A model generated the notes under the pieces. That model saw only the letters and a list, made by a program, of their open reading frames with translations. It did not search any database and was not told the DNA's origin. From Atribacterota bacterium (lineage in GTDB: Bacteria > Atribacterota > Phoenicimicrobiia > Phoenicimicrobiales > Stramentimicrobiaceae), in assembly GCA_040767965.1 (NCBI GenBank), contig JAXGNR010000011.1:1-62239 (forward strand): a stretch of DNA of 62,239 nucleotides. Direction: 5' to 3'. Numbering within the stretch: position 1 is the first letter of the stretch; each line of letters opens with the position of its first letter. The position numbers and the translations under genes were made by a program. Of the stretch, positions 48,202 to 59,576 are shown in pieces.

Positions 48202-49179
48202 ATGAAGAAGAAGATTTTGATTCCTTTCTGGATCCCGCAAGAAGTAGCCGAACAAGTAGACGATCAGTTCGAATTGGTTTATCCCACCGAAAAAGATACC
48301 ACTATGAATTTAGAGAAAGTCAAAGAAATACTGCCTTCAGTAGAAGGTATATTAGCCCTCGCAGAACCAATGAACAAAGAAATGATTGATTTAGGCGGAA
48401 AATTAAAAACAATCGGCAGACTCGGCGTTGGTTATGACAATGTAGACATTAAATATGCCGCCAGTAAAGGGATTGGAGTAATCAACACACCGGTTGCTGT
48501 TCAACATCCTACCGCAGAACTTACAGTTGCTATTATGATGGCTGTGGCTAGATGTGTGGTAAGTTTAGATAAACAAATTCGCTCTGCGAAGAAAATGGGT
48601 CGTCAACCCGTTTTTGATAAAAAAGCAGCTACTCTTTATGGGAAAACCCTTGGAATTATTGGATTTGGTAGAATTGGAAAAGCAGTAGCTGCCAAATGCA
48701 ATGGCTTGGGTATGAAAATTGTTTATTCTGACATTATTGCTGCCCCTGAAGATTTTGAAAAATCTGTAAATGCTACTAAACTATCTACTGAAGAACTCTT
48801 AAAAAAAGCTGATTTTGTTACAGTCCACTGCCCGTATTTGCCGGAAAATCATCACCTGATCAATGCCAAGACCTTATCTTTAATGAAACCTTCTGCTTAT
48901 TTGGTGAATGCTTCCAGAGGTAAAATGGTAGATGAACAGGCTCTGGTAGATGCCCTAAAAGCAGGTACTATTGCCGGTGCAGCCTTGGATGTTTATGAAT
49001 TTGAGCCAGAAGTAAACCAGGAACTGCTGTCTTTAGATAACGTTGTCCTTACTCCTCATGTAGGTACCTGGAGTTATGATGCTCGCGTAGAGATGGCCTT
49101 TGAGGCACTAGAAGGCATGATAAAATATTTAAATGGTGAAATTCCTTTAAATTGTGTAAATAAAGAGGACTTGAAATAA
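48202..49179 (+). CDS. D-2-hydroxyacid dehydrogenase (glyoxylate reductase-like)
   Basis: GVGYDN, GFGRIG, NASRG, LDVYEFEP, TPHVG. Confidence 0.9.
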   Translation: MKKKILIPFWIPQEVAEQVDDQFELVYPTEKDTTMNLEKVKEILPSVEGILALAEPMNKEMIDLGGKLKTIGRLGVGYDNVDIKYAASKGIGVINTPVAVQHPTAELTVAIMMAVARCVVSLDKQIRSAKKMGRQPVFDKKAATLYGKTLGIIGFGRIGKAVAAKCNGLGMKIVYSDIIAAPEDFEKSVNATKLSTEELLKKADFVTVHCPYLPENHHLINAKTLSLMKPSAYLVNASRGKMVDEQALVDALKAGTIAGAALDVYEFEPEVNQELLSLDNVVLTPHVGTWSYDARVEMAFEALEGMIKYLNGEIPLNCVNKEDLK

Positions 49180-49279
49180 ATCTGTAATCTGTAAAAATGA
49201 CTAAAAAATTGAAAATAATTTTAAAAATTTTCAATAATCCAAAAATAAAATAATATCCAAAAGAGAGAGGATTAACAAA

Positions 49280-50077
49280 ATGAAAGAAAATAAAATCAGA
49301 GAATTGCTGAATGCAGGAAAACCTACCATAGGCACTCGTATTGTAAGCCAATGGCCTTATATGGTTGAACATGTTGGAGCTAGCGGTAATTTTGACTACA
49401 TAGAATTTTTAGCAGAATATGCCCCTTTTACCCAATATGATTTAGAAAATATTGCCAGAGCATGTGAATTATCAAATATGGGCTCTATGATAAAAGTTGA
49501 TTTCCAGAATCGCGCATTTGTTGCTCAAAAAGCTGTGGCTTCTGGTTTCCAGGCAATTCTGTTCACTGATCATGCAACCCCGGAAGAATTTCGCGAATCA
49601 ATCAGAATGATAAAACCACATGAACCAGTAAGCGGAGGAAGATTTGGTTATCCAAATCGTCGTTATATTGGTAATCAGCCTTATATACCACAAAAAGATC
49701 ATATAAAAAGATTAAATGATATTGTAATTTGCTTTATGATTGAGAAAAAGGAAACTATGGATAAAATTGAAGAAATATGCTCAATTCCAGGAATTGATAT
49801 GCTACAATTTGGTCCTTCAGATTATTCCATGAGTATGGGCATGAATAAAGCTGAATCAGATGAAGAATGCAAGGCTGCACAAAAGAAGATGATTGAAGTA
49901 GCTTTAAAAAATGGGATTCACCCAAGATGTGAAGTTTTTGGTGATCCTGATCAAGTGAAATACTATTTAGATCTTGGCGTAAGAGATGTATGTTTTGGAG
50001 ATGAAGTAAATACCTTTAACACTTTTGTACGCAAAGACGGTAGTTACATGCGTGGTTTGATTGATGGTTTAAAATAA
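49280..50077 (+). CDS. HpcH/HpaI (GarL-like) aldolase
   Basis: FDYIEFLAEY, MIE, FGPSDYS. Confidence 0.85.
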   Translation: MKENKIRELLNAGKPTIGTRIVSQWPYMVEHVGASGNFDYIEFLAEYAPFTQYDLENIARACELSNMGSMIKVDFQNRAFVAQKAVASGFQAILFTDHATPEEFRESIRMIKPHEPVSGGRFGYPNRRYIGNQPYIPQKDHIKRLNDIVICFMIEKKETMDKIEEICSIPGIDMLQFGPSDYSMSMGMNKAESDEECKAAQKKMIEVALKNGIHPRCEVFGDPDQVKYYLDLGVRDVCFGDEVNTFNTFVRKDGSYMRGLIDGLK

Positions 50078-50131
50078 AATAATCTAACTAAATAAATATT
50101 TGAATTAATTTAAATATTGAGATATAATTTT

Positions 50132-50167
50132 AGACTGAGATAAAAATAATTATTTTTATCTCAGTCT
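50132..50167. terminator. Perfect 36-bp palindrome after aldolase (terminator-like)
   Basis: AGACTGAGATAAAAATAA|TTATTTTTATCTCAGTCT. Confidence 0.6.
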
Positions 50168-50323
50168 TTAGTAATAAGTAAAATAAAAAAGTATTCTACA
50201 CAAAATACTAACAGTCATTATAAATTTTAAATATAAAAATGCTATTTTTAATGTATTGCGCACTAATTGTGTGTATATTTGACAAAAATTTGATAAAAAA
50301 CTAGAAACAGGAGAGAAGTAATT

Positions 50324-51289
50324 ATGAAAATTGTAGTTTTAGACGGCTATACATTAAACCCGGGTGACCTTGACTGGGATGGCTTGAAGGCTTTCGGAGA
50401 TGTAAAAATCTATGATCGGACTTCATTAACAGACGAAAAAGAAATAATCTCCCGTATTGGAGATGCAGAAGTAGTTTTTACAAATAAAACACCTATCAGA
50501 GAAAACACTTTAAATGCCTGTCCAAATATTAAGTTTATTGGCGTATTGGCTACTGGGTTTGATGTTGTTGATGTTGGACTTGCTAAACAAAAAGGGATTC
50601 CTGTTACCAATATACCCACTTATGGAACTGCTTCAGTTGGTCAATTTGCCATTGCTTTATTGTTAGAAATTTGTCATCATGTTGCCCATCACAGCCAGGC
50701 AGTTCATGAAGGTCGCTGGGAATCTAACCCTGATTGGTGTTTCTGGGATTACCCATTGATTGAACTTGATGGAAAGACAATGGGAATTATTGGATTTGGT
50801 AGAATTGGTCAGAAAACCGGTACTATAGCAAAAGCTCTAGGAATGAAGATACTGGCTTATGACACATTCCAGAACGATACAGGAAGAGAGCTTGGAACAT
50901 ATGTAGAACTAGATGAATTGCTTGCAAAATCTGATGTAATTGCTCTGCATTGTCCATTATTGCCTTCCACCAAAGGAATAATTAATAAAGAAAATATTGC
51001 TAAAATGAAAGATGGAGTTATAATACTCAATAATAGCCGTGGTCCTTTAGTAGTTGAACAGGATTTAACTGATGCTTTAAACAATGATAAAGTTTATTTT
51101 GCAGGTTTGGATGTAGTAAGTTCAGAACCAATCAAAGGAGACAATCCTTTATTAAAAGCAAAAAACTGCTTCATTACACCTCATATTTCCTGGGCTCCAA
51201 AAGAAAGCAGAAAGAGATTAATGGATATTGCTGTTAACAATTTAGCTAAATTTGTTGAAGGCAATCCAATTAATGTTATAAATAAATAG
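50324..51289 (+). CDS. D-2-hydroxyacid dehydrogenase (glycerate dehydrogenase/hydroxypyruvate reductase-like)
   Basis: LDGYTLNPGDL, TNKT, GFGRIG, NNSRG, TPHISW. Confidence 0.9.
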   Translation: MKIVVLDGYTLNPGDLDWDGLKAFGDVKIYDRTSLTDEKEIISRIGDAEVVFTNKTPIRENTLNACPNIKFIGVLATGFDVVDVGLAKQKGIPVTNIPTYGTASVGQFAIALLLEICHHVAHHSQAVHEGRWESNPDWCFWDYPLIELDGKTMGIIGFGRIGQKTGTIAKALGMKILAYDTFQNDTGRELGTYVELDELLAKSDVIALHCPLLPSTKGIINKENIAKMKDGVIILNNSRGPLVVEQDLTDALNNDKVYFAGLDVVSSEPIKGDNPLLKAKNCFITPHISWAPKESRKRLMDIAVNNLAKFVEGNPINVINK

Positions 51290-51308
51290 TTTAAAAAAAT
51301 AAATAAGA

Positions 51309-51357
51309 TATAAAAATAAAAGCACAACAATATTTATGTTGTGCTTTTATTTTTATA
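51309..51357. terminator. Bidirectional terminator hairpin
   Basis: Perfect 21-bp arms TATAAAAATAAAAGCACAACA / TGTTGTGCTTTTATTTTTATA between convergent genes. Confidence 0.8.
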
Positions 51358-51373
51358 ATTATGTATTTATAAA

Positions 51374-52636
51374 TTAGTTATACTTTTGTTTCAAAACAGA
51401 TCCCATATATTGTGTTTTGTTTTTTTCTTCTATTTGAAGGAATCTATTATAAATACCAGTTGATGGGTAACCAGGCACACATCCTGCTTTGATTTCCGTA
51501 GCTCCTATGGCAATTGAAAAATCAGCTAAAAATAGTTCATTGGTACTTTTGCTTCTAATAGAAGAAATCATATCAATATTAAGTTTTTTAGCCAGTTTTG
51601 CTATTTCTAATAATTCAGAAATTGTACCTATTTGATTAGGTTTTAAGAGGACGCTATTAATTAATTTCATATCAGCAGCTTTTTGCAATCTGGTTTTATT
51701 GGAAGCAATCATATCATCCCCAACAATTTGCATATTATCAAAAGTTTTAGAAAGCTGTTGATAATTATCCAGATCATCTTCATGGAAAGGATCTTCTAAA
51801 TATAGAAAAGGATAGTTTTCAAGAATTTCTCTGTAATAACTAATAATTTCTTCTTTGGGTATCTCAATTTGATCTATTTGATATATATTTTTGGATTCAT
51901 CAAAGCATTCTGTAGCTGCAGCATCCAGGCCCAGTTTGTATCTATCTTCATAACCACACAGCCTGGTTGCTTGCAGCATACAATCTAATGCCTCTCTTGT
52001 TTTACTCATTTGTGGGACAAAGGTAATTCCTGGTGCTACCAGATGTTTTTCTTTTAATAAATCATATAATTTATAATAAATTTCAATTCCGCTTTCTAGG
52101 GCTTCTGAAAAAGAATCGAAATCAACCGGGATTAAGCAAAAATCCTCTAATTGCAATAGATTGGAAAATCCAATTCCACCATGGATCATTACAAAAACAG
52201 GGGCAGGGATAGAGATATCCTGATTTTCTTTAGATGATAAATGATGATAAAGAGGAATGTCCAAGCTGAGAGCACCAGCTTTTGCTGCTGCCATAGATAC
52301 ACCCAGCATTGAATTTCCTCCTAAATGTGATTTATCAGGAGTACCATCCATTTCTATTAATCTTTCATCTATTAATTTTTGATCTGTAACATTTATTCCT
52401 ATTAATTGAGGAGCTATATTTTCATTGATGATCTGGACTGCTTTTTTATTCCCTTGGCCAAACAATCTATTCCCACCATCAAATAAAGTAACCGCTTCAT
52501 ATTTACCAATTGAAGTGCCAATGTCTACTGCAGCCCGGGCTTTAATATTGTTTTCTGTTTCTATCTCAACTTCCAGGGTTGGTAAGGCCATGACCGATAA
52601 TATTTCCCTTGCTTTAATCTTTTTAATTCTATCCAT
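51374..52636 (-). CDS. Divergent enolase paralogue
   Basis: AREIL..PTLEVE, DGTPDKS.LGGN, LDAAA, LEDP, VGDD, LKPNQIGT; several catalytic motifs altered. Confidence 0.85.
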   Translation of the reverse strand: MDRIKKIKAREILSVMALPTLEVEIETENNIKARAAVDIGTSIGKYEAVTLFDGGNRLFGQGNKKAVQIINENIAPQLIGINVTDQKLIDERLIEMDGTPDKSHLGGNSMLGVSMAAAKAGALSLDIPLYHHLSSKENQDISIPAPVFVMIHGGIGFSNLLQLEDFCLIPVDFDSFSEALESGIEIYYKLYDLLKEKHLVAPGITFVPQMSKTREALDCMLQATRLCGYEDRYKLGLDAAATECFDESKNIYQIDQIEIPKEEIISYYREILENYPFLYLEDPFHEDDLDNYQQLSKTFDNMQIVGDDMIASNKTRLQKAADMKLINSVLLKPNQIGTISELLEIAKLAKKLNIDMISSIRSKSTNELFLADFSIAIGATEIKAGCVPGYPSTGIYNRFLQIEEKNKTQYMGSVLKQKYN

Positions 52637-52679
52637 TTTAGTAATCTCCTAATATAGGTTTAATTATTTTCTCTAAACA

Positions 52680-54065
52680 TTATCTATTTACTAACACTAA
52701 TTTTATGCTTTGAACTGCAACATTTGTCGGGCCAGTTATAACACAATCTTCAAGCTGGTCCAAAACATAAAAAGAATTATTGTTATTTAAAATATTAAAT
52801 ATATCAATCTGCTTTTCTATACACCGTAACATGGTTTTGCCATCAACTATTCCACCTGCAACCTGGGTTGGACCATCAGTTCCTTCAGAATCAATGGCTA
52901 CTGAAGTGATATTTAAACCATTAATTTTGGTTGCCAGGCTTAATACAAATTCCTGGTTTCGGCCACCTTTGCCTTTCTTATTACTTACTATAACAGAGGT
53001 TTCTCCGCCTGCTATAAGTACACAGGGAGGATGAATAGGGTTATTAAAATTAATAACTTCTTTAGCTATACTACCAATAGCTATCCCAACTTCCCGACTT
53101 TCGCCTTCCAGCATAGAGGCTAATATTATTGCATTTAAACCAAGCTCCCTGGCTCGCTGATAAGCTGCCTGGCAGGCTGCGTGTCTGTAACCGACTCTTA
53201 AATTATGTATTTTTAAACCCTGTAAATCCTTTATAGTTTCAACTTTTTCTCCATCTTTTCCTTTCAATAAATATGTCTGAACAGAAATAGGAGTTTTTTC
53301 CCAAATATTATATTTTTGTAAAATAGAAATAGCATCCAAAAAAGTAGTAGGATCTTCCCAGATTAAATCAGGCCAGGGCATTTTATGAAAAACTTCCTTC
53401 TCATTACCGGGCTGGAAATTAATAATAGTAGCCGGGGAAATATATTGTCCTAAAATACCACCTGAAATAGCAGAAACATGCTTTCTTACACAATTTATTT
53501 CTTCTATATTATTTATATTATCAAGCAATAATTCATATAAATTTTGAGTATCTTTTAGAGAAACCCCTTCCACTGGTAAGCATAACAAGGAAGAGGTTCC
53601 ACTTGATCCGATAAAAAATACCAGATCATCTTTTTTTGCCAATTTAGCAATTTTAATAGCCTCTTTAGCTGCAAGAAGACTTCCATCGCTTGGCAATGGA
53701 TGACTTCCTTTGATTAGTCTTAAATTATCAATTGTTTGTGATTCAATATCTTTAACAGCAATAATTCCTTCTGTTAATCTAGCTCCCAATATTTCTTGTA
53801 AGGCAATTGCTGATAATAATGAACCTTTCCCTCCTCCTATTATGAAAATATTATTAATTTTATCAATATCAAAGGAGATATTATTCTCAGCAGTATTCAA
53901 AAATAATTTATTATTTTCAATTTTTACTTTTTCTTTAACTTCATAATAAGGGTTTACTTTGTTTAAAGAATATTCTAAAATGTCGAGGATTATTTTCCGC
54001 CCTTCCTGGTCACCTTTTTCCAATAACTCTTTCTTGTTTATAATTTTAGGGAAAAATCCTTTCAA
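52680..54065 (-). CDS. Glycerate 2-kinase (MOFRL) family, divergent
   Basis: GGGKG, SHPLP, RKHVS, GGET, GGRNQE, GTDGPT. Confidence 0.85.
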   Translation of the reverse strand: MKGFFPKIINKKELLEKGDQEGRKIILDILEYSLNKVNPYYEVKEKVKIENNKLFLNTAENNISFDIDKINNIFIIGGGKGSLLSAIALQEILGARLTEGIIAVKDIESQTIDNLRLIKGSHPLPSDGSLLAAKEAIKIAKLAKKDDLVFFIGSSGTSSLLCLPVEGVSLKDTQNLYELLLDNINNIEEINCVRKHVSAISGGILGQYISPATIINFQPGNEKEVFHKMPWPDLIWEDPTTFLDAISILQKYNIWEKTPISVQTYLLKGKDGEKVETIKDLQGLKIHNLRVGYRHAACQAAYQRARELGLNAIILASMLEGESREVGIAIGSIAKEVINFNNPIHPPCVLIAGGETSVIVSNKKGKGGRNQEFVLSLATKINGLNITSVAIDSEGTDGPTQVAGGIVDGKTMLRCIEKQIDIFNILNNNNSFYVLDQLEDCVITGPTNVAVQSIKLVLVNR

Positions 54066-54276
54066 AATAATCAGTACCTCCTGTCCATAAATTTATATTT
54101 TATAAAAATCAAAAAAATTAGTATAGTTTTTATTAGAGGATGTTACATATTAATTTTTATAATTTAGCAACGTATTAAGTTACTAATGATTAAAAATATT
54201 TTATATTTTTTCATTTTTTAAAAAGCGGCATGTATCATATGCATGGAAATATATTAACATACAAATTAAGTCATTT

Positions 54277-55167
54277 CTATTTTTTAAGCTCGCTTTTAAT
54301 GGTTGATAATGATAAAATTCCAAGAAAAACCAGACTAAAGCCTCCTATCTGATAGAAATCAGGAAGCTCCCTCAATATAAACCAGGCTAAAATTATAGAA
54401 ATAACTGGATAAACTGAAATAATTGCAGTTGCCTTAGAAAGATTTATTCTCTTTATGGATTCATAAAATATATAATAAGTTAGAGCATAAATAACAATTC
54501 CAAAAAAAATTACCATTTTTAAAATACTGGTTTCCTTTAAATAATGAAATTGGTTGGTACCAGCAAAATGACTGATAAGCATTAGAAATGTCCCCCCGTA
54601 TAAAGTTCTTCCTGCTGCAATGAACAAAGGATTAAGATCATTTTTTAAAAGCAATTTTTTACTAAAAAAATGACCTATTTGATAACATAGAGGTGTTCCT
54701 ATTATCAGCAAGTCTCCCCAATTTAATGCCACTGTCCCTTTATAAATAACTAATAAAGTTCCTGTAACTATAATAAGGGTAGAAATAATTTGTTTACAGG
54801 AAATTCTTTCATTTAACAATAAATAGCCAATAAAAAGAGAATAAATTGGTTCAACTTGCAATAAGATAGCAGAATTAATACCACTGGTTAATCTTACTCC
54901 ATAGAAAAATAAGATATTAGATAATGTAGTACCAAAAAAACCAATACAGAGAAGATAGAATAAGTTATTTTTTATTAAAGTTAATAGCTGTTTTTTTTGT
55001 ATTATTATTATAAAAATCAAAGCAAGGGCTGCAATCAGGTTAGTTATGGCTCCAAAAAAAAGAGGATGCAGAAGAGAAACTCCAAATTTACCTAATACTG
55101 GTTGAGCTCCATGCATAAAAACACAAAGCAATACCAACAGAATTCCTTCTTTTTCTTTTTTGTCCAT
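54277..55167 (-). CDS. DMT/EamA transporter
   Basis: Ten-TM duplicated EamA pattern. Confidence 0.88.
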   Translation of the reverse strand: MDKKEKEGILLVLLCVFMHGAQPVLGKFGVSLLHPLFFGAITNLIAALALIFIIIIQKKQLLTLIKNNLFYLLCIGFFGTTLSNILFFYGVRLTSGINSAILLQVEPIYSLFIGYLLLNERISCKQIISTLIIVTGTLLVIYKGTVALNWGDLLIIGTPLCYQIGHFFSKKLLLKNDLNPLFIAAGRTLYGGTFLMLISHFAGTNQFHYLKETSILKMVIFFGIVIYALTYYIFYESIKRINLSKATAIISVYPVISIILAWFILRELPDFYQIGGFSLVFLGILSLSTIKSELKK

Positions 55168-55294
55168 AGTGTTTATCCCTTGAAATATAATATTGCTTAT
55201 GCTTGTTTGTAAGAAATAAAGCTAAATATACTAAAAATATTTAATATGTTATAATAAATAATATACCGACTTTAACTTTAAAGGAAGGGTAGAT

Positions 55295-56623
55295 ATGTTA
55301 TTCTTAAAAAGAATAAAAAACAATTTACCCATATTTTTAGTTACTCTATTCTTTTTTCTGCAAATTATTAATATTGCTGCTGCTCAGGTCCCAGGTGATA
55401 TTTATTTGTTAAGATTAGAAGGTACCATAAATCCGATCACTGCTCAATATATAGTTGATGGTATACAAGAAGCTGAGATAAATCAAGCAGAATGTATAAT
55501 TATTCAAATGGATACACCAGGCGGATTAGATAACTCTATGAGGAGAATTATAAAGGAAATACTTAATTCATCAACCCCTATTGTATTATATGTCTTTCCT
55601 CAAGGAGCCAGAGCTGCTTCAGCAGGGGCTTTTATTATGTTAGCTGCTAATATTGCTGTGATGGCCCCTGGAACCAATATTGGTGCTGCCCACCCGGTTG
55701 CTATAGGGGAAGGCCAAATCGATGAAGAAACCAGGTCAAAAATTGTTAATGACGCAGCAGCTTATATAAAGAGCATTACTAACATCAGAGGTAAAAACGA
55801 AGAACTTGCAGAAAAATTTGTGAGAGAAAGCATTTCAATCACAGAGCAGGAAGCATTAGAAAATAACATTATTGATTTTGTAGCTGTGGATTTGGATCAA
55901 TTATTATTCATGCTGGATGGTGTTAAAACTACAACTAGATCTGGAGAAATAAGACTAAATACTTTAAATAAAGATATTTTTAAATATGAAATGTCTATTA
56001 AGGATTTATTTTTACACGCTCTAACCAACCCGAACATTGCTTACATTCTTCTTTTTTTAGGTATTTATGGAATTCTGGGTGAATTCAGCAGTCCAGGAAC
56101 CTTTTTCCCTGGTATATTTGGAACGATTTGTCTCATTCTTGCTTTTGTGTCTTTCCAGATGATTCCAATCAATATTGCAGGTATATTTCTCATTGTAGTA
56201 GGAATTGTCTTGTTTATTTTTGAAATTTACACACCAACTTTTGGATTGCTTACTATAGGAGGAATTACTTCATTGACCCTGGGTTCTTTTATGCTAACAA
56301 AAGATATGGCTCCATTTTTAAAAATATCCTCTAGTGTGATTATTACCATGGTGATTTTTACCGGCTTATTTTTTTTATTTGCAATAACCAAAGGAATAAA
56401 AATACAATGGAAAAAGCCAATTGCAGGTAAAGAAAATATGATCGATTTAATAGGTATAACAAAAACTGAATTAAATCCAAACGGACAAATCTCAGTACAG
56501 GGAGAAATTTGGCGTGCTGCTACATCTGATAATGAGCCAATTAACAAAGGAGAAAAAGTAAAAATTATTAAAGTCGAGGGATTAACTTTGATAGTTCAAA
56601 AAATAGAGAAAAAGGAGGGATAA
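55295..56623 (+). CDS. nfeD: NfeD family membrane-bound serine protease
   Basis: [28 protein letters not shown]. Confidence 0.9.
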   Translation: MLFLKRIKNNLPIFLVTLFFFLQIINIAAAQVPGDIYLLRLEGTINPITAQYIVDGIQEAEINQAECIIIQMDTPGGLDNSMRRIIKEILNSSTPIVLYVFPQGARAASAGAFIMLAANIAVMAPGTNIGAAHPVAIGEGQIDEETRSKIVNDAAAYIKSITNIRGKNEELAEKFVRESISITEQEALENNIIDFVAVDLDQLLFMLDGVKTTTRSGEIRLNTLNKDIFKYEMSIKDLFLHALTNPNIAYILLFLGIYGILGEFSSPGTFFPGIFGTICLILAFVSFQMIPINIAGIFLIVVGIVLFIFEIYTPTFGLLTIGGITSLTLGSFMLTKDMAPFLKISSSVIITMVIFTGLFFLFAITKGIKIQWKKPIAGKENMIDLIGITKTELNPNGQISVQGEIWRAATSDNEPINKGEKVKIIKVEGLTLIVQKIEKKEG

Positions 56624-56630
56624 AAATAAA

Positions 56631-57428
56631 ATGGATATCATTACCTCATCCAGCTTATATTTAGGAATTATTATAGTCTTAATGCTTATTTTTTCACAGG
56701 CTGTAAAGATAGTCAATGAATACGAAAGAGGTGTTGTTTTTCGGTTAGGAAGAGTTGTAGGTGCAAAGGGCCCAGGCATCATACTATTAATACCTGTTGT
56801 TGATAGAATGGTTAAAGTCAGTTTACGGACTATCAATATGGATGTACCAGCTCAAGAGGTAATAACCAGCGATACTGTACCGATTAAAGTAAATGCTGTT
56901 ATTTATTTTCGAGTGATTGATCCGGTAAAGGCAGTAATATCAGTTGAGAATTATATTTCTGCAACATCTCAAATAGCACAGACAACCTTAAGAAGTGTTT
57001 TGGGAGAAAGAGATTTGGATACTTTTTTATCACAAAGGGAAAAAATTAATCAAACATTACAACAGATTGTGGATGAACAAACTGACCCCTGGGGTATAAA
57101 GGTTACTACTGTAGAAACAAAAGATGTAGAGCTGCCAGAGAATATGAGGCGTGCTATGGCTAAACAAGCAGAATCTGAAAGGGAAAGAAGGGCAAAGGTA
57201 ATTCATGCAGAGGGAGAGTTCCAGGCTTCAGAAAAATTGGTACAGGCTGCAAAAAAGATGAGCACTCAGCCATTAGCGTTACAGTTACGCTACTTGCAAA
57301 CCTTAGGGGTTATTGCAGCTGATAAGAATACTACCACAGTCTTTCCGTTTCCTTTAGATTTAGTAAAACCTTTCCTGGATTCACTCACTAATCAAAAAAA
57401 GCAATCCGCTAATCAGAAAGAAGAATAA
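56631..57428 (+). CDS. Stomatin-like (slipin) SPFH protein
   Basis: [40 protein letters not shown]. Confidence 0.95.
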   Translation: MDIITSSSLYLGIIIVLMLIFSQAVKIVNEYERGVVFRLGRVVGAKGPGIILLIPVVDRMVKVSLRTINMDVPAQEVITSDTVPIKVNAVIYFRVIDPVKAVISVENYISATSQIAQTTLRSVLGERDLDTFLSQREKINQTLQQIVDEQTDPWGIKVTTVETKDVELPENMRRAMAKQAESERERRAKVIHAEGEFQASEKLVQAAKKMSTQPLALQLRYLQTLGVIAADKNTTTVFPFPLDLVKPFLDSLTNQKKQSANQKEE

Positions 57429-57539
57429 TAAATAGTGCAAGTAAAATATGATAGAGGAATAACTAAAAATGATTAATAATTTAATTTTTAGGATTATATA
57501 TTTATAAGAAAAAAATAGAAATGGAAGTATATAAGATAA

Positions 57540-57803
57540 TTATTCACTTATAATCTTATATACTTCATCACCTTCTCTTGTTCTTTCTTCTACTTTAATC
57601 CCAATTGAGTCTCCTGCTGCAGCTGTATCAGCCTGTTTTTTTTCAATTTGAATTGATTCGATTTCTTGTATAAAATCAGTAGTATGTCCTTTAAATTGGA
57701 CCTTGTCCCCAATTCTTATTTCTCCTGACTCAATTTCTATAGCAGCAACCCCTATTTTTGCAAAATAAGCAATTACATAACCAACCAACTTTTTTTCCAT
57801 CAT
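57540..57803 (-). CDS. Small translation-factor-like beta-barrel protein (U32 C-terminal-like)
   Basis: YFAKIGVAAI..GD..GHTTDF.Q...SIQI..GDSIGIK. Confidence 0.7.
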   Translation of the reverse strand: MMEKKLVGYVIAYFAKIGVAAIEIESGEIRIGDKVQFKGHTTDFIQEIESIQIEKKQADTAAAGDSIGIKVEERTREGDEVYKIISE

Positions 57804-57890
57804 ATTTCTCCTTTAATTTAATATCACCAACCTAATCACATAAAATATTGATAAATTACATCTTATCTGAAATTATAAATACTATATTTA

Positions 57891-59339
57891 TTAATATGCT
57901 CTTCCAAAATAAACTAAAGATTTTGAATCTTTTCCACAGTAAATACATTTTCCTTTCGAACTATCATCATCCTTTTCTGAAGCCAGACATCGTATTGTAG
58001 CTTTAGTATCATTTTTAACCTGTTCTTCGCATTCTGAGTTTCCACACCAATAAGTCTTTATAAAACCACGTTTTTGTTCAATAACATCTTTAAAATCATC
58101 GTAACTCTCTGCAAAACGAATATTTTTTTCCAAACGAGATTTGGCACTAAAGTAGAGATTGTTTTGTATATCTTCCAGCCATTTTTTTAAGGTTAAAACC
58201 AGATCATTTTCAGGTATAATGGTTTTTTCCATTTTATCTCTTCTTGCGGCCATTACCTGATTTTTGGCTAAATCCCGAGGACCAATTTCGACCCTGATAG
58301 GGACACCCTTCATTTCCCATTCATTGAATTTCCAGCCAGGTGTATAAGCATCACGATCATCCAGCTCAACCCTGAAATCTTTTGCTAAAATATCTGTCAG
58401 CTCTTTAGCTTTTTTTAACACTTCTTGTTTGCTTTTATCGAAAAGAATGGGAACAATAACAATTTGAATTGGAGCTACTTTGGGAGGTAGTTTTAAACCA
58501 CGTTCATCTCCATGGACCATAATTATTCCCCCCACAAGACGAGTTGAGGTTCCCCATGAGGTAGTCCAGGCATATTGCTCTACCTGGTTTTCATCTAAAA
58601 AACGAATATCAAAGGCTTTTGCAAAATTTTGACCCAGATTATGAGATGTACCAGCTTGTAATATTTTACCATCACCCATCAGGGCTTCCAAAGTATAAGT
58701 ATGCATTGCTCCGGCAAATTTTTCGTTGGCACTTTTTTTCCCAATCAGTACAGGTATTGCTAAATCATTTTCAATATATTCCTGATAGATTCTTAAAATT
58801 TTTAAGGTTTCTTCTTCAGCTTCTTGTTGATTTTTATGAGCAGTGTGGCCTTCCTGCCATAAAAATTCAGTGGTTCTTAGAAAAGGACGAGTAACTTTTT
58901 CCCAGCGAACAATATTAGCCCATTGATTGATTAGTACTGGTAAATCTCTCCAGGAATGAATCCACTTAGAGTATAAACTTCCAATAATAGCCTCAGAAGT
59001 AGGTCTTACCGCCAGACGTTCTTCTAGTTTTTGGTTTCCACCATGTGTGACCCATGCCACTTCAGGCGCAAAACCTTCTACATGTTCAGCCTCTTTTGTT
59101 AAAAGACTTTCCGGAATAAACAAAGGGAAATAGGCATTTTTATGCCCGGTTGCCTTAATTTTTTGGTCTAGACATTGTTGCATATTCTCCCATAAAGAGT
59201 AACCATATGGTTTTATTGCCATACATCCTTTTACCATTGTGTAATCTGCTAAATCAGCCTTTTTTACGACATCAATATACCATTGGGAAAAGTCTGTATC
59301 TTTAGAAGCAATTTCTTTAACAAAATCTCCGTCACTCAT
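57891..59339 (-). CDS. proS: Proline--tRNA ligase (archaeal/eukaryote-like type)
   Basis: EHVEGFAPE, RPTSE, PFLRTTEFLWQEGHT, QAGTSH, C-terminal GRAY. Confidence 0.96.
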   Translation of the reverse strand: MSDGDFVKEIASKDTDFSQWYIDVVKKADLADYTMVKGCMAIKPYGYSLWENMQQCLDQKIKATGHKNAYFPLFIPESLLTKEAEHVEGFAPEVAWVTHGGNQKLEERLAVRPTSEAIIGSLYSKWIHSWRDLPVLINQWANIVRWEKVTRPFLRTTEFLWQEGHTAHKNQQEAEEETLKILRIYQEYIENDLAIPVLIGKKSANEKFAGAMHTYTLEALMGDGKILQAGTSHNLGQNFAKAFDIRFLDENQVEQYAWTTSWGTSTRLVGGIIMVHGDERGLKLPPKVAPIQIVIVPILFDKSKQEVLKKAKELTDILAKDFRVELDDRDAYTPGWKFNEWEMKGVPIRVEIGPRDLAKNQVMAARRDKMEKTIIPENDLVLTLKKWLEDIQNNLYFSAKSRLEKNIRFAESYDDFKDVIEQKRGFIKTYWCGNSECEEQVKNDTKATIRCLASEKDDDSSKGKCIYCGKDSKSLVYFGRAY

Positions 59340-59576
59340 TATTGATATTTCTCCTTAGTTATTTTGCTCAATTTACTTAGATAAAGTATCCTGATGGAAA
59401 ATTTTATCATATTTTTATTTAATTGTCTAAAGCAGGTTGTTTTAAGTGTAATCACTAATAAATTATCGATAGGAATCTCTTTTTTTTATTTTTTTGTAGT
59501 ATAATTTAGCATATGAAAATTGTAAATATAAACAGAAAGAAAAACAAAATTATTAATATATCTGAGGAAATTAAGA

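Noticed and set aside
1342-58894. Short ORFs overlapping longer genes on the opposite strand or another frame (e.g. 6123-6575, 22540-22947, 43221-43646)
   Set aside because: Shadow ORFs of well-supported genes, with no motifs.
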